NCBI GenBank assembly: GCA_035498715.1
Contig: DATJZV010000026.1
Span: 76,875 to 140,874, forward strand
Origin: Nitrospirota bacterium
GTDB taxonomy: Bacteria > Nitrospirota > UBA9217
Direction of reading: 5' to 3'
Length of the DNA stretch: 64,000 bases
Both the position numbers and the translations under genes were made by a program. Positions 38,267 through 49,278 of this stretch are shown one piece after another; the first letter of the stretch is position 1, and every line of letters begins with the position of its first letter. A model generated the notes under the pieces. That model saw nothing but the letters and a program-made list of their open reading frames with translations, did not search any database and had not been told where the DNA came from.

Positions 38267-39754
38267 CTACCGTTTGTTCCCGCCGAGGATCGAACCGAGC
38301 ACCCCGCGAATGATTTGCCGGCCGATCTGGCTGCCCATGGCGTGAGCAGCGCTTTTGGCCATAGCTCCGAGGATCTTTACGGTTTCGGACTCGGGTTCGA
38401 CTGAATGTCTCGGGCGCACAGGTGCTGCCGTATCCTCGTGCTGCTTTTCTGCCGTCCGATGCTTCAACTTTTCATAGGCAGACTCACGGTCTACTTCTTT
38501 CTCGTAATGGCCGAAGATCACCGACGCCTTGATAGTCTCCGCACGTTCGTCCTGCGAGAGCGGCGTGAGGCGGCTCCGAGGCGGCAGGACGGTTACACGT
38601 TCAACCACGGTAGGGGATCCGTTTGTATCGAGCATAGACACGAGGGCCTCGCCTACGGCGAGTTCGGTGATGACCTTCGAGACATCGAGGCTTGGATTGG
38701 TACGGAATGTCTCGGCAGCGACCTTCACCGCTCTTTGGTCCTTGGGCGTGAATGCTCGCAGTGCGTGCTGGACCCGATTACCGAGCTGTCCGAGGACCGT
38801 TTCGGGCACGTCGAGCGGATTCTGGGTAACGAAATAGACCCCGACACCCTTGGAGCGGATCAGCCTTACGACCTGCTCGATCTTGTCTTCAAGAACCTTC
38901 GGCATGTCGTCGAACAGGAGGTGGGCTTCGTCAAAGAAGAAGACGAGCTTCGGTTTTTCCGGATCACCTACTTCGGGCAGTGTCTCGAAAAGCTCGGCCA
39001 GCATCCAAAGCAGGAAGGTGGCATAGAGCTTCGGTGCCTGCATGAGCTTGTCAGCGGCGAAGATATTGATAACGCCTCTGCCCTCGGCGTCAGTCCGCAT
39101 CAGGTATTGCAATTCCAAGGCCGGCTCGCCGAAGAACGTGGCGCCGCCCTGCTCCTCAATGGTGAGCAGTCCGCGCTGGATAGCGCCAATGCTCGCCGTT
39201 GAGATGTTACCATATGCGGTCTTGAACGTATCCGCGTTGTCACCGACGAACTGTGTCATGGCCCTGAGGTCCTTAAGGTCGAGGAGCAGCAGACCGTTAT
39301 CGTCTGCGATCCTGAAGATAAGTGTGAGAACGCCGCCCTGGACCTCGTTCAAGTTCAGCACGCGTGAGAGGAGGAGTGGCCCCATCCCGGATATAGTGGT
39401 GCGGACCGGATGTCCCTGCTGACCAAAGACATCCCAGAACTCGGTTGGGAAACCTTCAAAAATAAAGTCAGCGAGGCCCAGCTGCTTTGCACGCTCAGTA
39501 AAGTCAGGTTTGTCTCCACCGGGCCTAGCGATGCCCGAGAGATCGCCCTTTACGTCGGCCATGAAGACGGGGACACCGATCCTGCTGAACTGCTCGGCCA
39601 TTACCCGGAGCGTGACGGTCTTGCCCGTCCCGGTGGCGCCGGCAATCAAACCGTGCCGGTTTGCCATTCGCGTCAGGATCAAGACTTCCTCTTTACCTTT
39701 CGCGACGAGTATCGAATCTGATTTCTGCACTATGGTACCTCCGCGATTGGGCAT
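38267..39754 (-). CDS. DUF853-family NTPase (HerA/FtsK-like P-loop ATPase, YjgR-like).
   Basis: 495 aa with Walker [12 protein letters not shown], Walker [14 protein letters not shown], and a C-terminal helicase_HerA_C-like region. Confidence 0.75.
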   Translation of the reverse strand: MPNRGGTIVQKSDSILVAKGKEEVLILTRMANRHGLIAGATGTGKTVTLRVMAEQFSRIGVPVFMADVKGDLSGIARPGGDKPDFTERAKQLGLADFIFEGFPTEFWDVFGQQGHPVRTTISGMGPLLLSRVLNLNEVQGGVLTLIFRIADDNGLLLLDLKDLRAMTQFVGDNADTFKTAYGNISTASIGAIQRGLLTIEEQGGATFFGEPALELQYLMRTDAEGRGVINIFAADKLMQAPKLYATFLLWMLAELFETLPEVGDPEKPKLVFFFDEAHLLFDDMPKVLEDKIEQVVRLIRSKGVGVYFVTQNPLDVPETVLGQLGNRVQHALRAFTPKDQRAVKVAAETFRTNPSLDVSKVITELAVGEALVSMLDTNGSPTVVERVTVLPPRSRLTPLSQDERAETIKASVIFGHYEKEVDRESAYEKLKHRTAEKQHEDTAAPVRPRHSVEPESETVKILGAMAKSAAHAMGSQIGRQIIRGVLGSILGGNKR

Positions 39755-40158
39755 AACAGCGCCCCTTAACGAGAACGAATTTAATTATTCCACAACGAAT
39801 TTTCGTTTGCAAGCGTTTTTGGCGCAAGGCCATGTAACAAGGAGAGATGAAGATACCAACCAATTGAGCACCCTTTGCAGATCATTGCAAGAGGCTCCTC
39901 TGTCTCGCCCCGAGCAGGACAAAGGATCGCTGTGCTTGACTCAGGGCGGGTATGTGAAAAGTCTTGGTTATTTGGTACGGTGAGTTCTTTCGCAACGCTG
40001 AAAACGACATGTCTCGATTTTAAGGGCCGATTCAATTTCCTGTTTAAGATCATCACGGTGAAACTGGCAAATAACTTTTCGTTTGATTTTATCGCTGGGT
40101 GATGTTATTATTTTCGATACTGCTCAAAAAGAACGAACTGTTTGAGGTTCTGATACTT

Positions 40159-42639
40159 ATGATTAAAAAATCGTTCGGAAAAATCCTTGAACTAACCAAG
40201 ACGCTGACGTTACGGGTCTGGGAAAAGTTTAAGCTCTTCTGGTTCACTATTGCGCTCCCGTGGCTCAAGAACCTCACCCCCAAGAAAGTGATCATGATCC
40301 TCGGAATCGCTTTTGTTGCCGGAATTCTCTTTATCACACTCATGTTCTTCATTCTCTCCTTCGGCCTGCCCACGGTCGAATCGCTCAAGGACTACAAGCC
40401 GAGCCCGGGCACGCTCATCCTCGCCGAGGACGGCAGGGCGCTGGGCCAGGTGAAGATCGAGAAGGGCATCTACGTACCACTTCAGCGGATCCCGAAGTTC
40501 ATGGTAAGCGCGCTTCTCGCGACGGAGGACCCGCGCTTCTTCCAGCACAAGGGTATCGACTACCGCGGTATCATGCGTGCGGCGCTCAAGGACATTATTT
40601 CCGTACGGCTGAAGCAGGGCGGTAGCACCATCACGCAGCAGCTCACGAAGGTAGTGTTCCTCTCGCCGGAACGGAAGTTCACTCGCAAGATAAAGGAAAT
40701 TATCCTTGCGCGTCGTCTTGAGAAGGAGCTGACCAAGGAGGAAATCCTCGAACTCTATCTCAATAAGATATACTTCGGCCATGGTGCCTATGGTGTGCAG
40801 ATGGCTGCCAAGACCTATTTTGGCAAGAACGCCTGGGAGATCAATGAGGCCGAGGCCGCGCTCCTTGCCGGTCTACCGAAGTCGCCCATGGTCTATTCCC
40901 CTTACAGCGACATCGACCTAACCAAGCTGCGGCAGTGGCAGGTGCTCAAGAGGATGGTGGAGGAGGGGTACCTTACTGAGGAGCAGAGCCTGAAGATCTA
41001 CAACCAACCGCTCAGCCTCGAGAACTTGCGGCCTCAGGAAGAGCTTGCACCTCACCTCGTGGACTATATTCGCAAATATATCGAGAAGAAATACGGGCCC
41101 GAGAAGCTCTACCAGGGCGGGCTTAAGGTCTACACCACAATCGACATCGATCTGCAGCGGGCTGCGGTCTCGGCGCTCAGGGAAGGTCTCCGCTCGCTCG
41201 ACAAGCGACAGGGATTCCGCGGTCGCGTGGGATTCAAGAAAGTCAAGTCAACGCCGATCCAATGGGGTTCGCTTCATGTGATGGTGAAGCCTGGAGAAGG
41301 GTTCAACGCGCATGTGCTTGCGGTCGGGGACAACTATATCACGGTCAAGGGCCGGGGACTCGTGGGCTACATCATGCAGGAGGACATGGCTTGGGCGCTT
41401 ATCAAGCCAAAGAAAAAACGGGATGATCCAGAAGAGTTCAAAAAGCCTCAGGAGATCGTTCAACCTGGCGATATTATCAAGGTGCGATTGAGGGACTATG
41501 ATAAAAAGAAGCAGCTCGCTTCGTTTATCCTGGACCAAACTCCGCTCGTCGAGGGTGCCGTGGTGTCGATCGAACCATTCACCGGATACGTACGGGCTTT
41601 GGTCGGCGGGTATGATTTTGTCGAGGGTGGGTTCAACCACGCCACCGATGCAAAACGCCAACCTGGATCATCGTTTAAGCCGTTCGTGTACGGCGCGGCT
41701 CTCGAGAACGGTTTCACGCCGGCCTCGATTGTCATGGACCTGCCGGTGATCTACGAGAAGAGCGAGTTCGAGAAGAAGGGCTGGAAGCCCGAGAACTATG
41801 ATGAACGGTTCCTCGGTCCCATGCGTCTCAGGACGGCGCTCGCGCTGTCACGGAACGCGGTCACCGTGGGCTTGCTCGAGAAGATCGGGCTGGATAAGGC
41901 CATCGATTTCGCACGCAAGGCAGGCATCACGAGTCAAATTAGCTATGATTACACCACGGCCCTCGGTTCGTCGGTGGTCACGCCTCTGGAACTGACCTCG
42001 GCCTATGCCACGTTCGCTTCGCAGGGCGTGCGCACCGAGCCCATCATCATCAAGAGTATCATCGACGGTAAGGGTACCGTGCTGGAGAGCTACCAGCCCC
42101 AGCCCACGGAGGCGATCGACCGGACCACGGCCTTCCTGGTCACGAGCCTGCTCAAGAGTGTGGTAAATGATGGTACGGGAAGGGGAGCCAAGGTGCTCAA
42201 TCGTCCTCTTGCGGGAAAGACCGGAACGACGAACAACTACGTGGACGCATGGTTCGTTGGCTACAGCCCGAGCATCGTTACGGGCGTTTGGGTAGGATAT
42301 GATAACGCTACGGCGTCACTCGGTGATCGGGAGACGGGTGCACGCGCAGCGCTTCCCATCTGGATACCAGTCATGGCAAAGGCGCTCGCCGATAAGCCTG
42401 TCGAGGACTTTACGCCGACGGACGACGTCGTCTTTGTTAAGATTGACCCCGAATCCGGCCTACTCGCGCGGGAAGGAGCGGCCGATGCGATTGATGATGT
42501 GTTCCGCAAAGGCACGGAGCCCACGCAGTATGCCGATACCAAGAAAGGGCAGAAGGCCTCGCAGTTCTACATGCTCGACCAAGGGAGTCCTGTCGAAACG
42601 ATTAAGAAAAAAACTGAAGCGGACGAGGCTGCTGACTAA
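40159..42639 (+). CDS. mrcA: Penicillin-binding protein 1A (bifunctional glycosyltransferase/transpeptidase).
   Basis: GT51 motifs (ATEDPRFFQHKGID, GGSTITQQL, RKIKEIILA); transpeptidase SxxK (GSSFKP), SxN and KTGTT. The start could be 40099 (ORF track) or 40159 (MIKKSFGK); it is uncertain. Confidence 0.85.
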   Translation: MIKKSFGKILELTKTLTLRVWEKFKLFWFTIALPWLKNLTPKKVIMILGIAFVAGILFITLMFFILSFGLPTVESLKDYKPSPGTLILAEDGRALGQVKIEKGIYVPLQRIPKFMVSALLATEDPRFFQHKGIDYRGIMRAALKDIISVRLKQGGSTITQQLTKVVFLSPERKFTRKIKEIILARRLEKELTKEEILELYLNKIYFGHGAYGVQMAAKTYFGKNAWEINEAEAALLAGLPKSPMVYSPYSDIDLTKLRQWQVLKRMVEEGYLTEEQSLKIYNQPLSLENLRPQEELAPHLVDYIRKYIEKKYGPEKLYQGGLKVYTTIDIDLQRAAVSALREGLRSLDKRQGFRGRVGFKKVKSTPIQWGSLHVMVKPGEGFNAHVLAVGDNYITVKGRGLVGYIMQEDMAWALIKPKKKRDDPEEFKKPQEIVQPGDIIKVRLRDYDKKKQLASFILDQTPLVEGAVVSIEPFTGYVRALVGGYDFVEGGFNHATDAKRQPGSSFKPFVYGAALENGFTPASIVMDLPVIYEKSEFEKKGWKPENYDERFLGPMRLRTALALSRNAVTVGLLEKIGLDKAIDFARKAGITSQISYDYTTALGSSVVTPLELTSAYATFASQGVRTEPIIIKSIIDGKGTVLESYQPQPTEAIDRTTAFLVTSLLKSVVNDGTGRGAKVLNRPLAGKTGTTNNYVDAWFVGYSPSIVTGVWVGYDNATASLGDRETGARAALPIWIPVMAKALADKPVEDFTPTDDVVFVKIDPESGLLAREGAADAIDDVFRKGTEPTQYADTKKGQKASQFYMLDQGSPVETIKKKTEADEAAD

Positions 42640-45444
42640 ATGGATTACAAGACAACGCTCAACCTGCCGAAAACGGAGTTTCCGATGAAGGCCAACCTCA
42701 AGGACCTTGAGCCCAGGATCATTGAGAAATGGCGGCGGGAGAATATTTACGGTCGTATGCAGGAACAGGCGAAGGGCAGGGAGCGCTACATCCTGCACGA
42801 CGGGCCTCCCTATGCGAACGGCCATATCCATATCGGTCATGCGCTGAACAAGATCCTGAAGGACATCATCGTGAAGTACAAGTCCCTGCTGGGTTTCTCA
42901 TCTCCTTACGTCCCCGGCTGGGACTGCCACGGCCTTCCGATTGAGCACCAGGTGCTCAAGAACCTGGGAACGAAGAAGGAGACCATGAGCCAGGCCGAGA
43001 TTCGAAAGCTCTGCCGTGAGTATGCCGAGAAGTTCATTAACATACAGCGCGACGAGTTCAAGCGGCTCGGCGTGTTTGGCGACTGGGACAATCCCTACCT
43101 CACCATGAACTATACCTACGAAGCGGCGATCGTGCGGGAGCTCGGCAAGTTCGTGGGGACCGGCGGCGTGTATAAGGGAAAGAAGCCAGTATACTGGTGC
43201 GGCTCCGATGAAACGGCGCTCGCCGAGGCAGAGGTGGAGTATGCTGACCATGAATCTCCCTCCATCTACGTCCGTTTTCCTCTGCCTGATGCGGCCAAGG
43301 CATTGCCATCGCTTGCGGGAAGGAACGTCTTCATCGTGGTCTGGACCACCACACCCTGGACGCTCGTGTCGAACCTTGCTATTGCGCTCCATCCCGACTT
43401 CGACTACGCGGCCGTTGATACCGGTTCCAATTCCGTCCTGATCATTGCTGAGGCGCTTCTCGCGCAATCCCTGCAGAAGTTCGAGATTAAAGAGTATAAG
43501 GTTCTTGAGAAGTTCAAGGGCAGAAAGCTTGAAGGCCTGAAAGCCCGCCATCCCTTCATTGATCGCGATTCTCTCGTGATTCTCGGCGAGCATGTCACCC
43601 TCGAAGCAGGCACCGGAGCTGTACACACGGCCCCGGGCCATGGCCAGGAAGACTATGAAGCCGGGCTCCGCTATGGACTCGACATCTTTGCTCCCGTGGA
43701 CCGCAAAGCGCGGTTCACGAAAGAAGCGGGCCCGTTTGCGGGCGAGAATGTGCACAAGGCGAACAAGGGGATCATCAGCCTTCTGCGCGAGAAACACGCC
43801 CTCCTTGCGGAAGAAAAGATCTTACATTCATACCCGCATTGCTGGCGGTGCAAGAACCCGGTGATCTTCCGCGCGACGGAGCAGTGGTTCATCTCCATGA
43901 AGACCGAAAATCTTCTCAAGAAAACCATTGAGGAGGCCAACAAGGTCACCTGGGTGCCAGGATGGGGCAAGGATCGCTTCCTGAGCATGATCGAGAACCG
44001 GCCTGACTGGTGCATCTCGCGCCAGCGGGCGTGGGGGGTATCCATTGTCGCGTTCACCTGCAAGGATTGCGGTGAACTGCTTCTGGACAAAGCGGTCATC
44101 GACCATGTTGCTGCAATCGTCGAACAAGAAGGGGCTGACGTCTGGTTCACGAGGTCTGTGCCGGAATTGCTGCCCGCGGGCACCACATGCAAGAAGTGCG
44201 GGAAAAAGGATTTCACCAAGGAGATGGACATCCTCGATGTGTGGTTCGATTCGGGCGTAAGCCACGCAGCTGTGCTTGAACAGCGTCAGGAACTGTCGCG
44301 ACCGGCAGACATGTACCTCGAAGGAAGCGATCAACACCGGGGATGGTTCCAGTCATCACTCCTCTCGTCCGTAGGAACCTGGGGCGATGCGCCGTATCGC
44401 ACCGTGCTGACGCATGGGTTCACCGTGGATGGAGCGGGCAAGAAGATGAGCAAGTCGGCAGGCAACGTGGTCGCACCGCAGGAAGTAATCGACAAGTACG
44501 GGGCCGAAGTCTTGAGGCTCTGGGTCTCTGCAGCAGACTACCGCGACGACATCAGGATCTCGCAGGAAATACTCACCCACTTGGCCGAGGCGTATCGGCG
44601 AATTCGAAATACCTGCCGTTATCTTCTGGGAAACCTTTTTGACTTCGATCCGGACAAGGATGCAGTTCCCTATGACAAACTCCTTGAGATCGACCGCTGG
44701 GCGCTTCTCAAACTTCAGCATCTTATCAATCGTGTGAACGGCGGATACCAAGAATTCGAATTCCATATCGTATTCCATTCGATCCACAACTTCTGCGCCG
44801 TGGATATGAGCGCTTTCTACCTCGATGTGCTTAAGGATAGACTGTATACCACGAAGGCAGCGTCCCAGGAGCGTCGCTCCGGCCAGACCGCCATGTATGA
44901 GATTCTCTCGACTCTGGTTCGGCTGATGGCCCCGATACTCTCATTCACAGCTGAAGAAGTCTGGGGATATATGAAAAAAAGCGAAAAGATGCCGAGCGTG
45001 TTCCTCGCAGAGTTTCCCAAGGAAGCACCCCCAGAGGGAACGCCAGACAGAAAATACACTGTTAGCCTCGGAGAACGGTGGGACAGAATCCTCGCCATCC
45101 GCGGCGAAGTCGCCAAAGTGCTCGAAGGGCTCAGGCGGGACAAGAAAATCGGCCATTCGCTCGACGCCGGCGTCACGCTCTATGTCGGGACGGAGCTCTA
45201 CGAGTTGTTGCTTGGGTACAAGACCGACCTGTCGTTCATATTCATAGTATCGTCCGTCGAGCTTACAAAAGAATCTGAAGCTCCGGCAAATGCATATACG
45301 AGCGAAATTGTCAAAGGGCTCAAGATTGTGGCCGGCCCGGCAAAGGGCGTGAAGTGCGGCCGCTGCTGGATGTATCAGGAAAGTGTTGGTACGGTGAAGG
45401 AACATCCGCAGATCTGCGGCAGGTGTGCAGGAAATCTCGTTTAA
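42640..45444 (+). CDS. ileS: Isoleucine--tRNA ligase.
   Basis: 934 aa with the HIGH motif PYANGHIHIGH, the KMSKS motif, and a C-terminal zinc finger (CGRCW...CGRC). The start abuts the mrcA stop. Confidence 0.95.
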   Translation: MDYKTTLNLPKTEFPMKANLKDLEPRIIEKWRRENIYGRMQEQAKGRERYILHDGPPYANGHIHIGHALNKILKDIIVKYKSLLGFSSPYVPGWDCHGLPIEHQVLKNLGTKKETMSQAEIRKLCREYAEKFINIQRDEFKRLGVFGDWDNPYLTMNYTYEAAIVRELGKFVGTGGVYKGKKPVYWCGSDETALAEAEVEYADHESPSIYVRFPLPDAAKALPSLAGRNVFIVVWTTTPWTLVSNLAIALHPDFDYAAVDTGSNSVLIIAEALLAQSLQKFEIKEYKVLEKFKGRKLEGLKARHPFIDRDSLVILGEHVTLEAGTGAVHTAPGHGQEDYEAGLRYGLDIFAPVDRKARFTKEAGPFAGENVHKANKGIISLLREKHALLAEEKILHSYPHCWRCKNPVIFRATEQWFISMKTENLLKKTIEEANKVTWVPGWGKDRFLSMIENRPDWCISRQRAWGVSIVAFTCKDCGELLLDKAVIDHVAAIVEQEGADVWFTRSVPELLPAGTTCKKCGKKDFTKEMDILDVWFDSGVSHAAVLEQRQELSRPADMYLEGSDQHRGWFQSSLLSSVGTWGDAPYRTVLTHGFTVDGAGKKMSKSAGNVVAPQEVIDKYGAEVLRLWVSAADYRDDIRISQEILTHLAEAYRRIRNTCRYLLGNLFDFDPDKDAVPYDKLLEIDRWALLKLQHLINRVNGGYQEFEFHIVFHSIHNFCAVDMSAFYLDVLKDRLYTTKAASQERRSGQTAMYEILSTLVRLMAPILSFTAEEVWGYMKKSEKMPSVFLAEFPKEAPPEGTPDRKYTVSLGERWDRILAIRGEVAKVLEGLRRDKKIGHSLDAGVTLYVGTELYELLLGYKTDLSFIFIVSSVELTKESEAPANAYTSEIVKGLKIVAGPAKGVKCGRCWMYQESVGTVKEHPQICGRCAGNLV

Positions 45445-45627
45445 ACGAAACTCAGCCGGGGAGTAAAAATTCCAACTTCGCTTTATACGGCATAATAGCT
45501 TTGATTTCTCCCTTTCCATCTTGGCAAAAAAATTTTGCCGGTAAGATAATAAATAATGTCAAAATTCAAATTGTTGAATTTTTGTGCCGCAGAGCCTCCG
45601 TGGTAGGTTTCGGGTTTTAGGAGAAGA

Positions 45628-46125
45628 ATGAAGAACAAATACCGCTGGGTGTTATCGATCATGGGCATTGTCCTGCTCCTGGACCAGTGCACAAAGCATT
45701 TTGTTGATACGCATATCCAGAGACATGAGATCATCGCGATCATCCCAGGTTTCTTCAATCTCACGAACGTGAGGAATCCGGGGGCCGCGTTCGGCATTCT
45801 ATCGGGGATGCACGGAGTGTGGCGAAGCGTGTTTTTTATCTCGGTAACGCTCACGGCACTGCTCGTGATTGCCGTCCTTATATGGAAGACGCATGAGCGT
45901 CTGCTCGTATTCGCGTTCTCACTCATTGCCGGGGGGGCGATTGGGAACGTGATCGACCGCGTGCGATACGGAGAAGTGGTCGATTTCATCCAGTGGTACG
46001 TGAAATCGTACTACTGGCCGTCATTCAACGTGGCGGATTCTGCCATTTCCATCGGCGTGGGACTTTTGGCTATTGATATGATTTTTTGGAAGAAACCAGA
46101 ACCCGGAGAAAGTACAAAATCCTAA
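45628..46125 (+). CDS. lspA: Lipoprotein signal peptidase (signal peptidase II).
   Basis: 165 aa, 4 TM, NPGAAFG and FNVAD motifs; in the conserved position after ileS. Confidence 0.9.
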   Translation: MKNKYRWVLSIMGIVLLLDQCTKHFVDTHIQRHEIIAIIPGFFNLTNVRNPGAAFGILSGMHGVWRSVFFISVTLTALLVIAVLIWKTHERLLVFAFSLIAGGAIGNVIDRVRYGEVVDFIQWYVKSYYWPSFNVADSAISIGVGLLAIDMIFWKKPEPGESTKS

Positions 46126-46237
46126 GATCGAAAACCCGGGTTCATTCGAAGTCCGAATGTACAAATAATTTAAATTTTGAAGTTCATATTTCTATATTTT
46201 GGAACTTCGGATCCATTTTTTTCTCGGAAGGAAGATC

Positions 46238-47041
46238 ATGCATCCCATATTGTTCGAAATACCAAAAATTGAGATCGGCAACTGGATCATCGGTCCCATC
46301 CCGATCAGGATGTACGGTCTCATGATCGGCATCGGGTTCCTCCTTGGCATCTATCTCGCCTCGCGCCGGGCGAAGAAGGAGGGACTTGATCAGGACCTGA
46401 TTCTCGACATGGGCGTGTACCTGCTCCTTGCGGCCATCATCGGCTCGCGCGTGCTCTACGTGCTAACCACTCTGCAGGAGTTCACAAGGAACCCGCTTGA
46501 TGCATTTGCTATCTGGAAGGGCGGGCTCGTGTTCTACGGAGGCCTTCTGGCAGCCGTGCCCGTCGGAATCTGGTATGTGAAGAAGCATAGCCTGCCGGTT
46601 TGGAAGACGTCTGACATCATGGCACCGTACGTCGCGCTTGGGCACGCATTCGGCAGACTCGGCTGTTTTTTCGCCGGTTGCTGTTACGGGGCGCCCTGTA
46701 GCGGCCCGTTCTGCATCACGTTCAACGACTCCCATTCTCTCGCCCCCCTCGGCGTTCCTCTTTTCCCCACCCAGCTTATGGAGTCGGGCGGAGAGTTCTT
46801 TGTCTTCGGGGCTCTTCTCATACTCCGACGATATAAGAGGTTCGATGGCCAGCTGTTCTGGCTCTACTCGATTTTCTACGCTGTACTCCGGTTTTCCGTC
46901 GAGTTCTTCCGTGGCGATGCAGTGCGGGGCCTTTACTTCGGCGGCCTGATCTCGACCTCGCAGATCATAGCGGTGCTTATGTTCGGATTTTCTCTGTTCA
47001 TGTTCTGGAAACTCGGGAAGGCAGAGAAGGAGACAACGTGA
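46238..47041 (+). CDS. lgt: Prolipoprotein diacylglyceryl transferase.
   Basis: The internal start MHPILFEIPKIEIG...YGLMIGIGFLLG is the Lgt signature. GRLGCFFAGCCYG is also present. Confidence 0.9.
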   Translation: MHPILFEIPKIEIGNWIIGPIPIRMYGLMIGIGFLLGIYLASRRAKKEGLDQDLILDMGVYLLLAAIIGSRVLYVLTTLQEFTRNPLDAFAIWKGGLVFYGGLLAAVPVGIWYVKKHSLPVWKTSDIMAPYVALGHAFGRLGCFFAGCCYGAPCSGPFCITFNDSHSLAPLGVPLFPTQLMESGGEFFVFGALLILRRYKRFDGQLFWLYSIFYAVLRFSVEFFRGDAVRGLYFGGLISTSQIIAVLMFGFSLFMFWKLGKAEKETT

Positions 47042-47089
47042 TGAAGCAAGTGTCGGCCATAGATTAAACAGAGGTCCTGAAAAAAATCT

Positions 47090-48085
47090 GTGAAATCTGT
47101 AAAATCTATGGATACGTTTGAGGTATTAGCTCGCCATTCCATGCCATCAACAACCCTCACGGTCACCCAGAAACACGTCGGAAAGCGCCTTGACATCTTC
47201 ATCGCGCACTACGAGCCACACATCTCCCGCAACCGCATCCAGACGATGATCAAGGATGGACTTGCTCTTGTGAATGGCAGGGCCGAAAAGCCAGGGTATA
47301 AGGTCAAGCTCGGTGAGACCCTTACGCTCGACCTGCCGGAGAAGAAGGAATTCGAGGTCCTGCCTGAGCCCATTCCGCTCTCCGTTATCTATGAAGATCC
47401 CCATATCATCGTGTTGAATAAGCCGCCAGGCATCGTGGTGCATCCGGCGCCCGGGAATTACACCGGCACGCTCGTGAATGCGCTCCTATACCATTACGGA
47501 AGCTTACCCTCTTCCGGGCCGGGCACGCGCGGAAGCGAGCGGGAACGCGCTGGCATAATACACCGCCTGGATAAAGACACTTCCGGCGTGATGGTGGTGG
47601 CGAGGACACAGGAGGCCCTCCGTTCCCTGTCGGCCCAGTTCAAGAATCGCACGGTGAAAAAACGCTATCTTGCCCTTGTCGTCGGGGTGATCAAGAAAGG
47701 CTCGGGCACCATCGAGGCCGGACTCGGCAGGCACGTGAAGGATCGCAAGAAGATCAGTGTATACACTCACAAAGCACGGGAGGCCGTCACGCTCTATACG
47801 GTCAAGGAGCGGTTCAGGAGAGCGACTCTTATCGCGGTCGAAATCAAGACTGGTCGCACTCACCAGATCCGTGTGCATATGGCGCATATCGGCCATCCCA
47901 TTCTCGGTGACAGCGTATACGGTGGAGCCAAGGCATCGAAGTTCAACGACAGCCAGGTTGCACGTCAGATGCTCCACGCCGAATCGCTCTCCATTCTCCA
48001 CCCTGAGACAGGCCATCCGATAACCTTTACAACTCCTCCGCCCAGTGATATGGTGCAAATCATAGAAAAATTGCGCATTATATAA
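47090..48085 (+). CDS. rluD: RluA-family 23S rRNA pseudouridine synthase (RluD-like).
   Basis: An S4 domain (GKRLDIFIA...SRNRIQTMIKDGLALVNG), the catalytic HRLDKDTSGV motif, and the THQIRVH motif. Confidence 0.85.
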   Translation: MKSVKSMDTFEVLARHSMPSTTLTVTQKHVGKRLDIFIAHYEPHISRNRIQTMIKDGLALVNGRAEKPGYKVKLGETLTLDLPEKKEFEVLPEPIPLSVIYEDPHIIVLNKPPGIVVHPAPGNYTGTLVNALLYHYGSLPSSGPGTRGSERERAGIIHRLDKDTSGVMVVARTQEALRSLSAQFKNRTVKKRYLALVVGVIKKGSGTIEAGLGRHVKDRKKISVYTHKAREAVTLYTVKERFRRATLIAVEIKTGRTHQIRVHMAHIGHPILGDSVYGGAKASKFNDSQVARQMLHAESLSILHPETGHPITFTTPPPSDMVQIIEKLRII

Positions 48086-48219
48086 AGGGTGAAGGCTTAG
48101 CAGAATAAATGTGCAACAAAGTGCAGCCCGGCCTTTATTTTCTCCGACTGCGAGCTATAGTTTTGTAGGTATAATTCGATAAGAACTTAGGATTATTGTG
48201 TTGCAAGGATAAAGGGAAG

Positions 48220-49203
48220 ATGCGAAAAAAAATATTATTATCTCAAGTAGTCGCGATATTTTCCTTATTCGTGGCTATGGGCCTTTTTCATGAAACATGT
48301 ATTAGCGATGCCCAGGAAAAAGCTGCTCAGCAGGTGCGGGAATCAGAATTGACCATTGTAAAATATGGGTCCGTGTCGGTGAAAAGTTTGATTCCCGATG
48401 TGAAAGTTTTCATTGACGACGTTTACAAAGGCGCGGCAGAGAACACCTTAGAAAACGTGATTGTCGGAGACCATGTCATATCCTGCCGCGCTGAGAACAA
48501 GACAGTTTCCGGTACTTTTACCGTGAAAAAGAACGAGACGTTGCGGCTGGAGGCGCGATTTGAAGAGGGGAAGCTTCTAGCCATTACGTTGCCCGAAAAA
48601 GCAGAACAGAATGAGGTTGAAAAGAAGAAAAAGGCCGAGCATGTGCGGCAGGAAAAACCGAAAAAGCCTGTTCCGGTCGTTCAGGTGATACGGGAGGAGC
48701 CGAAAGATCCGAAGGAAGAGTGGCGTAAACTGCACCTCACTCCCATGCAGATTCATTTTGAGGTCACTCCATCACAGGAGATTCAGATCGGCCATAAAGC
48801 AAACCAGGCCGTGATCAGCAAATATTCAGAGAACAAAACCCTGACCGGCAGGTATTATAGGACGAAACAGAATGTCCTATTGTGCGATGCCGGTCCCTGT
48901 GAGATGGGGTGGTCAGCTACCTTCCTCTATACGGACGAGGCAGGCAAGAACGATGCATTTCTCCTGAACTGGAAGGAAATCGTGTTTAATGGTATTACCC
49001 CTGCCGGCACAAACAAGAGGGTGCTAGAGTGGTGTCTGGACGGAATCTGCAGAAAGCTTGAAGATATAAGCGCCGCCGATACTGAACAGGAACAGGAAAT
49101 GGGAAGATATAAATTAAAGTGGACAAAAACCTCGGTCATCATCAGGCGTGCGGATGTTATGATTGAAATTGTTGCTGCGGGCAAATCACTCTCTGATTAT
49201 TAA
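48220..49203 (+). CDS. Hypothetical membrane-anchored or secreted protein with a PEGA-like beta domain and a Lys/Glu/Pro-rich linker.
   Basis: MRKKILLSQVVAIFSLFVAMGLF (signal/TM), then VFIDDVYKGAAENTLENVIVGDHVISCRAEN (a PEGA-like pattern), then a KKKKAEHVRQEKPKKPVPV linker. The gene is AT-rich and has no recognisable enzyme motif. Confidence 0.45.
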   Translation: MRKKILLSQVVAIFSLFVAMGLFHETCISDAQEKAAQQVRESELTIVKYGSVSVKSLIPDVKVFIDDVYKGAAENTLENVIVGDHVISCRAENKTVSGTFTVKKNETLRLEARFEEGKLLAITLPEKAEQNEVEKKKKAEHVRQEKPKKPVPVVQVIREEPKDPKEEWRKLHLTPMQIHFEVTPSQEIQIGHKANQAVISKYSENKTLTGRYYRTKQNVLLCDAGPCEMGWSATFLYTDEAGKNDAFLLNWKEIVFNGITPAGTNKRVLEWCLDGICRKLEDISAADTEQEQEMGRYKLKWTKTSVIIRRADVMIEIVAAGKSLSDY

Positions 49204-49278
49204 CGAGTGTTTCTGTAAGCAGCACAAAGGAATCCTCCCTCGCAGGCGATTAGAGGGGGGATTTTGTTTTTCGGGCAT

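Noticed and set aside
45562-45590. Hairpin AAATTCAA-ATTG-TTGAATTT followed by TTTGTG between ileS and lspA, as a possible attenuator or terminator.
   Set aside because: The stem is AT-only and thermodynamically weak. ileS and lspA are normally co-transcribed, so I treat it as insignificant without RNA data.
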